Virus record (IMG/VR): IMGVR_UViG_3300032312_001770
Location: 1-64,000 of that record
Strand: one strand, 5' to 3'
DNA: 64,000 nucleotides
Source of the DNA: a virus
Lineage: Duplodnaviria; Heunggongvirae; Uroviricota; Caudoviricetes
The number at the start of each line of letters is the position of its first letter. Position 1 is the stretch's first letter. Under the pieces are notes generated by a model, which saw nothing but the letters and a program-made list of their open reading frames with translations, made no database searches and was not told the DNA's origin. Below are positions 36,694 to 45,800 of this stretch, piece after piece. The position numbers and the translations under genes were made by a program.

Positions 36694-37656
36694 ATGAAGA
36701 AGAACTTAAAAAAGTATAACGATTTTATTAATGAGTCTTTAGTTGCTAAGCCAAAATTAACTAAGCCAGAATTGGATACTATTATAAGTAAAATTATTTT
36801 AAAAGTACCTGGAAACTGGAAAGAAAAGATATCTGATTTAAGAGATGAATTTGAAGAATCAGTAGTCAATATGGCTGATTTTTTTCCTGGTTGGTTTTCT
36901 GATATGTGTAAAAGAAAAGATGCTAATCCTGAAGGTGATTACCAAGAAATGCAAAAACTACTTGATAAGAAAGGTTGGAATTTTGAATCAATTAAAAATC
37001 TATTCAGTGAAGAAGTTAATAAATTAGTTGATAAAGATTTTACTGGCTGGTTTAATAGTTATGGTCAAATAGGAAGTAAAAATGGTCATTGTGACGTTTA
37101 TCTTTATTTTACTGCTAAAAATTTAGGATTAAATACAGATATTGTTTCTTTAGGTGGTGATGGTTGGGCCAATTATAACGAAGGTGATGAGATGTATATA
37201 AGATATAGATATGGTTATCATCAAACTAAATATGGTCAATTAATGCTAGACCAAATAGGTTATACAGTAGAACAATTCAGAGAAGAAGCCTTAGTTTATT
37301 TACAACAAGATATTGAAGATAATTGGAATAATATGATTTCATCAAGTGTTATGCGTAATGGTGTAATTAATAAAGTTCCTGTTAGAAGATCTGACTTAAA
37401 TGATAATACGATAAAAAATTTAACTTCTTTTTTAAAATCTTCAATTCAAATAGAAGAATATACTTTAGTTGAAGATGATAGAATGATTATATACTCAAAT
37501 GAGATTGCTAATGATATTAATAAGGCTTTTCCAGATACAACAACATCAGAAGAAATATCATCTGGTATAGTTAAGTATTTAGAATGGGCTGGAACTGATA
37601 TTGAAGTTGTTGATGGTGATGTTATCATCTGGGGTAAATTCAAAGTTGACTTCTAA
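36694..37656 (+). CDS. hypothetical protein with a T4 internal-protein-like N-terminus (MKKNLKKYNDFINES)
   Basis: 320 aa; TTAATATATAC element at 36550-36560. Confidence 0.5.
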   Translation: MKKNLKKYNDFINESLVAKPKLTKPELDTIISKIILKVPGNWKEKISDLRDEFEESVVNMADFFPGWFSDMCKRKDANPEGDYQEMQKLLDKKGWNFESIKNLFSEEVNKLVDKDFTGWFNSYGQIGSKNGHCDVYLYFTAKNLGLNTDIVSLGGDGWANYNEGDEMYIRYRYGYHQTKYGQLMLDQIGYTVEQFREEALVYLQQDIEDNWNNMISSSVMRNGVINKVPVRRSDLNDNTIKNLTSFLKSSIQIEEYTLVEDDRMIIYSNEIANDINKAFPDTTTSEEISSGIVKYLEWAGTDIEVVDGDVIIWGKFKVDF

Positions 37657-37703
37657 ACTTATAGTTTATTAGATTGTATAAAATACAAATTAAATTAATT
37701 TAA

Positions 37704-38819
37704 ATGATAATAAATCTTAAATCGGAAACAGAACTATCTGGTTTCTACGTTGTGTATGAAGGTTCAACTAATCTTGAGAAAAAAGGTTGGTTTGGCATCT
37801 CTCACTTAATGGAACACTTAATGTGTAAAAATTTTGACCATCTTCAAGAAGATTTTGATAAAGATGGTATTGATTGGAATGCTTACACAAGTTCAAATGA
37901 AATCGTTTTTTATCTAACAGGTTTAGATGAAAAAGTAAATAAGTGGAAAGGTGAGTTTATGGACTTACTTGGCGAGTTCAATGTTACTAAAGAACAGTTT
38001 GAGAATGAAAGAAACATTGTACTTGAAGAGTATATGGATTGTTTCAACGATCAAACTCAAACACATATGTTAAATCTTAGTCGTAAATTATTTGGAGATT
38101 ATGATCCAATTGGATTAAAAGAAGATTTAGAAAAATTAAAGTATATGGATTGTTTGAACTTCTTTGAACTTCAGTATGCTAAACCTACTAAAATTATCAA
38201 CGTATCTAAAAATAAACCTTACAAAAATAATAAAATTGATTTTGCTAAGAGAGATATTAAAAAAACTATTGAGTTTGGTAATAATGATGTTGCCTTGGAA
38301 CTAAGTAATGAGTTCAAAGATAAAACATCTATTGCTATTCTTTCTCCAATAATTGAAGAAGATTTTGCTTATGTGCATTTTATTAATGCGATGTTATCAT
38401 TAGGATTAAAATCTCCTTTATATCAAGAAATTAGAGAGAAAAAAGGATTAGTTTATTATGTACATTGTTATCAATCAAGAGTTAATAATCAAGGTATTAA
38501 TACTATTTCAACTCAAACATCTAATAAAAATTACAATGGTGTAGTTGATGCTGTTAAAGAAGTAATTACAAATCCTGATAAGTATTTAACTAAAGAAAGA
38601 TTTGACTTAGTTAAAGATTACTACAAAGTAAGAATGGCTAAAGATGAAATTCTTAGATATAAAAATGTTAATCAATATATCAATCCAGAGGGTTGGTCAG
38701 TATATGAAATCTTAGATAAAGTCAATATGAAAAAGATTAAAGAAGTCTATAAAAAATATTATAATTTTGACAACTTCTATGTTTCTAATGATAAAAAAGA
38801 ATTTAAAAAGTCCAGTTAA
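37704..38819 (+). CDS. M16 (pitrilysin/insulinase)-family zinc peptidase-like protein
   Basis: Inverted zinc motif HxxEH in GWFGISHLMEHLMCKN, followed by NAYTSSNEIVFYL as in M16 N-terminal domains. Confidence 0.6.
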   Translation: MIINLKSETELSGFYVVYEGSTNLEKKGWFGISHLMEHLMCKNFDHLQEDFDKDGIDWNAYTSSNEIVFYLTGLDEKVNKWKGEFMDLLGEFNVTKEQFENERNIVLEEYMDCFNDQTQTHMLNLSRKLFGDYDPIGLKEDLEKLKYMDCLNFFELQYAKPTKIINVSKNKPYKNNKIDFAKRDIKKTIEFGNNDVALELSNEFKDKTSIAILSPIIEEDFAYVHFINAMLSLGLKSPLYQEIREKKGLVYYVHCYQSRVNNQGINTISTQTSNKNYNGVVDAVKEVITNPDKYLTKERFDLVKDYYKVRMAKDEILRYKNVNQYINPEGWSVYEILDKVNMKKIKEVYKKYYNFDNFYVSNDKKEFKKSS

Positions 38820-38859
38820 TCTGGACTTAAACTTTTTAAAATATTATTATATAAATAAT

Positions 38860-39108
38860 ATGGAAGAAAAATCAAAAAAATCACCAGTTATGAAATCTAA
38901 GACTTCTACAGGTGTAACAAGAAAAACAAAAGATACTACAGCAGAAACTGCTACAGTAACAGCTGTTTATCCAGTTAGTGAAAAAATGAGCAAATTAGAG
39001 ACTGCTTATATGGCAGCAATTAGCGGTGAAATGAAATTTGGAGAAGTTAAATCTATCTTCAAAAAACTTCACAAAGAGATTAAGAGCTCTGTGAAGTCAA
39101 AAAAGTAA
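38860..39108 (+). CDS. hypothetical Lys/Thr-rich small protein (start trimmed to avoid overlap with the upstream gene)
   Basis: Track ORF 38767..39108; Met at 38860. Confidence 0.3.
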   Translation: MEEKSKKSPVMKSKTSTGVTRKTKDTTAETATVTAVYPVSEKMSKLETAYMAAISGEMKFGEVKSIFKKLHKEIKSSVKSKK

Positions 39109-39115
39109 TCATTAA

Positions 39116-39838
39116 ATGCTTATACCTTATTTAGGCGAGAAATCTAAATTTGCGAACTTTATAGTACCAAATATTCCCACGAATATTTCTACTTATGTAG
39201 AGCCATTTGGTGGAATGTTTGGTATTTTTTTTGCCTTAGATTTTACTAAGTTTAAGGATGTTAGTTTTATCTATAATGATAAAAACAATCTAAATTATTT
39301 ACTTTTCAAAAATCTAAGAAATCCAAATTTTATTAAATTGTTTAAGAAAACTGAAGTAGATGAAGATTACTACAGGAGTTGTTTGAAGAGTATGATAACT
39401 GAGAAAGATGAAATGTTACTTTCACTTTATTGGTTAGTTGTGCTTTGTTGTTCATCTCCTTATGAAATAGGTAAAGATTCTTGGAGAGATAATACTGAAT
39501 TTAATATACTCAAAATGAAGCATCGAGCTTATGAGTATCATTTAGATAAAATTGATAAAACACACAACTACGATTATAAAAAAGTAATTGAAATGTATGA
39601 CTCTAAATCAACATTCTTTTATGTAGATCCGCCTTATATGGGAAAAGAAGAGTATTATATCAATCATGATTTTAATAAAGATACTCATAAAGAACTATCT
39701 GAAGTTCTTAATAATATTAAAGGTAAATTCTTATTAAGTTACTATTATTTTGATGGAATAGAAGACCTTTATCCTAATTGTAAATTTGATTCTAAGATAA
39801 CTATAATGGGTACAGAATTAATAATTATGAATTATTAA
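39116..39838 (+). CDS. dam: DNA adenine N6-methyltransferase, Dam (D12 class)
   Basis: N-terminal PYLGEKSKF...YVEPFGGMFGIFF (SAM-binding) and catalytic FYVDPPY (DPPY) motif. Confidence 0.8.
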   Translation: MLIPYLGEKSKFANFIVPNIPTNISTYVEPFGGMFGIFFALDFTKFKDVSFIYNDKNNLNYLLFKNLRNPNFIKLFKKTEVDEDYYRSCLKSMITEKDEMLLSLYWLVVLCCSSPYEIGKDSWRDNTEFNILKMKHRAYEYHLDKIDKTHNYDYKKVIEMYDSKSTFFYVDPPYMGKEEYYINHDFNKDTHKELSEVLNNIKGKFLLSYYYFDGIEDLYPNCKFDSKITIMGTELIIMNY

Positions 39839-40314
39839 TTATTATATTTATTTTTGTCTGTTTTTTTAATTATTTTAGGTGTGTTTTCATCATGAATTAC
39901 TAAACCAGTTACTCCCTCACTTACTAACTTATCAAAATATCTACCTGGTTGAACTAAATCATCATCAAACCAGTGACCTATTGGGGTGTTTCTAATCTCA
40001 ACATTGACCTCTGATATTACTATTAATGGAACCTCAGGTAGAAATTTATCTAATAAACCTCTACAAAAAGAAATTGACTCTTCAAGATTTGTATCTAAGA
40101 GTACCTGAACTGATAACCCTCTATGATGAGCACTTGATATTTCAACACTTGTTGGAAACTTTATAGTTCTTAGAATCTCAACACATTTTATCCAATTAGG
40201 ATTCATATTTAATGTCCCTATTGGAAACTCTCGTCTACAAATAAACATGTTCATTATGACTTTCTTCTCAATTTTACCTTCGTTTACAAAAGTACCCCAA
40301 TTCTTTATATTCAT
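39835..40314 (-). CDS. hypothetical protein
   Basis: 159 aa. Confidence 0.4.
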   Translation of the reverse strand: MNIKNWGTFVNEGKIEKKVIMNMFICRREFPIGTLNMNPNWIKCVEILRTIKFPTSVEISSAHHRGLSVQVLLDTNLEESISFCRGLLDKFLPEVPLIVISEVNVEIRNTPIGHWFDDDLVQPGRYFDKLVSEGVTGLVIHDENTPKIIKKTDKNKYNN

Positions 40315-40315
40315 T

Positions 40316-40873
40316 TTAGTAGTTAGTTTTTACCCACTCAATTAATTTAAGTAAGTTCTCAGTATTGTGGGGATATTTGTCTAATAAAGATTCTAAGAAT
40401 TTTAATCTACCTTCTTTGTATAGATTACCATAAGCTTTGAATTCTTCGTGAATACCATTTTCCCACTCTAATAATTGGTCAAAGTCTCTTTCTACGATAC
40501 TCATATCATAGTAATTAAACGACTCTGAAAGGTTTGTTGTAGCTTCGTGAGTCTTTGTATCTAAAATCATTTGTTTTACTTCTAAAACGTCTGTATTTGA
40601 TTTATCAGAGCAACATTCCATAAAGAAGTCAGCTGACTTTTCTTCGTTATCACTTTTCATTGGATCGTAAACACAATCGTGAAAGAGAGCAGTTAACATT
40701 AACTTTTCATATTCTTTTTCAGAATATTTTGATTTACTTTCATTGATTTGGTCAATCACATCATTTAAGTGATTTAGAGTGTGATAAGCTCTGTGTGATT
40801 CATTCCACATAGATAGTAATGTATTAACATCACATTTGATATTCCATTTGTTAAGTAATTCTTGTAAATTCAT
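40316..40873 (-). CDS. HD-domain phosphohydrolase
   Basis: H...HD metal-binding pattern: AYHTLNHLNDVI ... LTALFHDCVYDP. Confidence 0.55.
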   Translation of the reverse strand: MNLQELLNKWNIKCDVNTLLSMWNESHRAYHTLNHLNDVIDQINESKSKYSEKEYEKLMLTALFHDCVYDPMKSDNEEKSADFFMECCSDKSNTDVLEVKQMILDTKTHEATTNLSESFNYYDMSIVERDFDQLLEWENGIHEEFKAYGNLYKEGRLKFLESLLDKYPHNTENLLKLIEWVKTNY

Positions 40874-40896
40874 AAAGTTTATTTCTTTTTGTTCAG

Positions 40897-41157
40897 TTAT
40901 ATATTAAAAAGTCGTTTTATGGTTTCTTTCCTTAGTCTTGCTCTCTCATATTTACTATGAAGGTGTTTCCAAGCCATTAAAGAAGCTGTGGCACTTGATT
41001 TACCAGTTTGTCTACCTTTCAAAATCATAATTTGTTTACTACTATTTAGGTATCTACTAAATAAATCAATAGCTTCCTTATTTGTATTCATATAATCTTT
41101 TAATTTTTTCTTTTCGTCTTTCAATTTTGCCTCTATACTTACGAACATTCTTAACAC
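40897..41157 (-). CDS. hypothetical protein
   Basis: 86 aa. Confidence 0.3.
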   Translation of the reverse strand: MLRMFVSIEAKLKDEKKKLKDYMNTNKEAIDLFSRYLNSSKQIMILKGRQTGKSSATASLMAWKHLHSKYERARLRKETIKRLFNI

Positions 41158-41240
41158 GGATATTAAGTCTTTCTAAAATATCAGGATCAACTTTAGTAGA
41201 ACTTATCATACTGATATGGTCTACTATTACAATCTCTCTT

Positions 41241-41795
41241 TTAATCATTCAACAAGGCATTAAGTTTATCTTCTCTTTTGATAGAAGTTATTTCACTATT
41301 TAATAATTGATTCAAATTTTCAACATCACCAAGTTGAACAGATTCTTTCATAAGATTATCAACTTTCTTTTGAAATCTATCATTTAGAATTTGAGTAAAT
41401 AAACAATTGTTAGTTTTTATCTCAACTATATTATTATTCCAGTTATCATTTTCATGTTTACAATATTGAATATGTAATGTATTGAAAGGACCTTCTTTCT
41501 TATTAAGAACTAATAAATTATCTTTATTAATAACTATTGGGAAAAAATGATTAGTTTCAACTTGTGTAAATTTTTTTGGATTAACACCGGTATAAGAATA
41601 AACTTGATTATTTGTTACTTTGTGACCAGTTGATATTTTCTTCAAAATTGTTTTAAGGAGTACCAATTGTTCAACATAAGCTTTGAATCCAAGTTTATAC
41701 ATAGAAACAAAACTTGGAATTGAAATAAGTAGAGCAAACAAAGGAACGACTATTAAAAAAGCCGTAATCCAATCAACAATCGATATCTGTGACAT
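41241..41795 (-). CDS. hypothetical membrane protein
   Basis: N-terminal hydrophobic helix IVDWITAFLIVVPLFALLISIPSFV. Confidence 0.4.
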   Translation of the reverse strand: MSQISIVDWITAFLIVVPLFALLISIPSFVSMYKLGFKAYVEQLVLLKTILKKISTGHKVTNNQVYSYTGVNPKKFTQVETNHFFPIVINKDNLLVLNKKEGPFNTLHIQYCKHENDNWNNNIVEIKTNNCLFTQILNDRFQKKVDNLMKESVQLGDVENLNQLLNSEITSIKREDKLNALLND

Positions 41796-41796
41796 A

Positions 41797-42042
41797 TTAT
41801 TCTCCTAAAATTTGGTCAATAGTAGTATTTCTTTTTTGAGCTTTTTCTTTAGCCTCACGAATAGCCTTTTGTTCTTTGGATTCTTCAGTGAAGGATGTTG
41901 AGTTATAGTAAGTACTCAGTTGATTAATCAAATCAGTGTAGTCACTAATATCATATTTTGATTCAGATTTATCTAAACCATAAACCATATACTCACCGTA
42001 TTTTTTACCACCAAATATGTCTTTGTAATATTCTTCTTTCAT
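41797..42042 (-). CDS. hypothetical protein
   Basis: 81 aa. Confidence 0.35.
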   Translation of the reverse strand: MKEEYYKDIFGGKKYGEYMVYGLDKSESKYDISDYTDLINQLSTYYNSTSFTEESKEQKAIREAKEKAQKRNTTIDQILGE

Positions 42043-42043
42043 A

Positions 42044-42778
42044 TTAAATATTTTTTAAATTGTTTTTAACTTTTTCCATGCCAGTTGATGCCAATTCTTG
42101 ATAATGAGTAAATAGATGTGTCCTATATTCTGGTACATAGAAATCAGGATCTGATAAATCTACATAGTATAACTTAGCACTTTCTTTAGTCAAAAATGGA
42201 ATTGTATTAGCCGGTGATACTTTCATTGAAGTTCCAACAACAATACAAACATCACATTCTTTAGCCGCTTCTGTAGCCATATCAACAAAATCAGGATCTA
42301 GATTTTCACCAAACCAAACAATATGAGGTCTTAGTTGAGAACCACTTGTTGGACATTTATCTCCAATATTAATTGGATTATATCCCACATCAACAACTGT
42401 GTCTAATGGTGATGTTTTATGTTCATACATACAGCCTCTAGCTTTTGTTAGTTCACCATGTAAGTGAATAATATTAGTTGAACCTGCTCTTTCGTGTAAA
42501 TCATCAACATTCTGAGTTACAACAGTTACATCAAAATCTTTTTCTAATTCAGCAATTATTTTATGCGCCAAATTTGGCTCAACATCTTTCATTTGAGCAC
42601 GACACATATTGTAGAAATTAAGAACTTTTTCTTTATCTCTACGCCAACCATCAGGTGTGGCAACATCTTCAATTTTGTGATTAAACCAAAGTCCATCATC
42701 ACCAGTTCTAAAAGTAGCAACGCCACTTTCAGCTGAAACTCCTGCTCCAGTAAAAATCAATACTTTTTTCTTATCCAT
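42044..42778 (-). CDS. Sir2-family NAD-dependent protein deacylase
   Basis: VLIFTGAGVSAESGVATFR NAD-binding motif, HG motif (IIHLHGE), zinc ribbon Cys pairs; 244 aa. Confidence 0.8.
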   Translation of the reverse strand: MDKKKVLIFTGAGVSAESGVATFRTGDDGLWFNHKIEDVATPDGWRRDKEKVLNFYNMCRAQMKDVEPNLAHKIIAELEKDFDVTVVTQNVDDLHERAGSTNIIHLHGELTKARGCMYEHKTSPLDTVVDVGYNPINIGDKCPTSGSQLRPHIVWFGENLDPDFVDMATEAAKECDVCIVVGTSMKVSPANTIPFLTKESAKLYYVDLSDPDFYVPEYRTHLFTHYQELASTGMEKVKNNLKNI

Positions 42779-42865
42779 ACTATTTTACAAAGTTAATTAA
42801 ATAAAGTTTAATAACAAAGAAAGTCTTAATAAATAATATATACATAAAATCTCTTTGTTAAATAG

Positions 42866-45800
42866 ATGGCAACATATTCAGTCGATATAAATGTTAGAAA
42901 GAAAATATTTAATATTCCAATAGATCTTATTGGTGTTAGTTATACTGAACCTCGTAGTAATGTTCCTACTTTAACAAATTCAAGTATTAGCGCTATTGCT
43001 AATGTAATATCAACAAAGCCACAGTTAATAACTAGAGCTCAATTACAAAATCTTGGTAATAATATTAATCTTGTTGGTTATGATCCATTAATTGGACTTG
43101 TTACAAATTCAAATAAAACATTTAGTCCTAAATTACTAAACTGGGTTGAGCCTTATGATTTAAACGCGAGTGGTACATACAAAACTACTTTCTATACAGA
43201 AGTAAACACTGGGTTAAAAGTTGGAGATAAAGTATTTATATTAAATGGTAACTATGATAGTGATTTATTAATTCAAAATAATAAATATAAAAAAGGAAGA
43301 GATGGTTATAAAGTTCTATATGTTGATAATTGTAAAATTACCTTAGATATAGATTATACCGGAGTTCTTCCTTATAAGTCAAGTATTGATGATGATTTTA
43401 TCAAAGTATATTATATTAGAAATCAGTCAGAGTTTTTACATGCTAATAGGTCAGTGACTACAAAAAGTGGTAAGTTTGAAAATAAGTTTAGTTATTACAA
43501 CAATAATATAATTTATGTTGATGCCGTTTATTCAACATCTGAATTTTGGGGTAGAAATACAGGTGTTGCTGGGCCAGGATTTTATGTAAGAAGTTCATCA
43601 GCAACTTGGACAAGTATTACATCACCATTTACCACAACCGGTTCTTATTCATATTCAACACAATCAAATGCAAATAAAGTAAAAATAATGAACGGTGACT
43701 TTACTTATAATGGTAAAGAATACAAAGAAGGATTTATTTATAAATGGTTTGTTGGTCCAACTCAATCTGAGTGGATAACTGATGTGACTTATTTTCCACC
43801 TTACATATCTAAAAGTAATTTTAGAGATGGTGTTTTTAATGGGGAATTAAATTCAGGTATATTTGGTCAATATTATAAAAAAATTAACTGGTTTGGTAAT
43901 GGCTCTGTTTGGAACACAGGAACACTTATTAACACAAATTGGCAAAAAGGTACTTTAGATTCTTTATATACCGCCTCTCAAAGTTATTTTTCCAGTTTTG
44001 ATAATAATGGTTTACCATACCAAAAAGCTAACTCACCTAACAATGCTGGTAGAGGTTACAATTTTGTTTTAAATTCTAACATTAATCAATCAACAGTTGT
44101 TAATGGATCTATTTATTCAACAATATTTGGAACACATTCTAATGCAACTTATTCAATTGTAGAAAATGAACTATTAGAATATAGCACAACTTATTTAAAT
44201 ACTATCAAAAGTGCTTTTTTCAATAAATGTGAATTTAATAATTCATTTATTGAAAATTCAGAATTAAAAAATACAATATCTAATAACTCTAAGTTTGAAA
44301 GAGTAAAGTCTATAAACTCTTATTTTAATAAATCTGTTTTAAAAGACTCAAGCTATAATAGTGATAATATTATAAAAATATTTGCTTATGATGAATTAAC
44401 CGCATCTGAAAGTTCAAGTTTACCTGGTTTAACATACAGTAACATAAATGATGTAGTTCAAAAAGTTTATAAATTCTATATTGATAAAAATGGATATGAG
44501 AGACTTAGAACAGGTGATGCTTTTTATCTAAAAGGTATTAAAATTAATAACAATAGTAAAAATGTAATTAATTTCTTTGATAAAAAGTTTAAAATAGGTT
44601 CTTGGACGGAATACATTGAGAGTAATTTTGGAACAGTAGCAAATGGCAAAAGAGGATATCAATATTCTGCTTTTTTATCATCACCATTAGATAACAATCT
44701 CAAATTTACAAGTGCTACATTTTCAGAGACTTCTGGTCTAAAATATCAAACAATTGCTTATTCTAATAATGTTAATAGTAACTACTACTCAATTGATTTA
44801 TGGGTAAGTAATTATGATATAAACAATAATAATACTGCAGGTGAAAATTTAAACTTCAATTCAGATATGTCTGTTTATGATGCTAATTCACTACAAGGAC
44901 CAAATAGTTTAGGAAATATAATTGATGTAACATCAGCTTATATTGTTGATGCTGATTTTGATAGTGGTTTAATTGAGAACTCTGATTGGAATAGTGGATC
45001 TCACATAGAATCAAATAATGATAATAATATTACAATACCATCACTATCTGGTGGTACCTATAGTCTTTCTATTAATAGTTCTAATTATATTGTTGCAACA
45101 ACATCATATAATTCTAATTACTCTGAATCTAATTTAATAAGTATAGGTGATATTGTTTTCTTAGACTCTGTTGACTTTCAACCATCTCCAAAAATTATAA
45201 CAACCACTAGTAGTTTGTTTCCAGATACACAAGTTGGATTTACAACGTTTTTTACTTTTACTCAATCGTATGATAATATTTTAATAACCGGTTCTTCGTC
45301 TACAACATCATTTGATGGTACTTTTGATTTATTTTATGAAAGTGGCACTTATCCAACCTCAACATTAATAGATAATCTATTAGGTAAATATATGGATTAT
45401 AACACCACATATAACTTTAGCATACCACTTTCCGGTGTTAGTGCTAGTAATTCTATACGTTTTTATATTAGTGATGGTGGTTTAGATAATTTGAATTTTC
45501 AAATAATAAATTTAAATGATTCTTCAAGAATTCCAGACACTTACAAAGTTATGTCAAATACTAATGGTGTTTATCAATTAAAAGAAATAGGAACTGTTAG
45601 TAACATAATTAGTTTATCTGCTTCTAATGGTTCTTTTTATACAAAGAATGCTCAGAACAGATATGGTCATATTAAAAAGTTAAAAATTGACAAAACAAAT
45701 ATTAAATCAGGATTTTTAAGAAGGTCTTATATAACAGGTTCATTAATACAAAATATAGATTTGAACTACTTAGATAAAGATTTAACTAATTTAGAAAATA

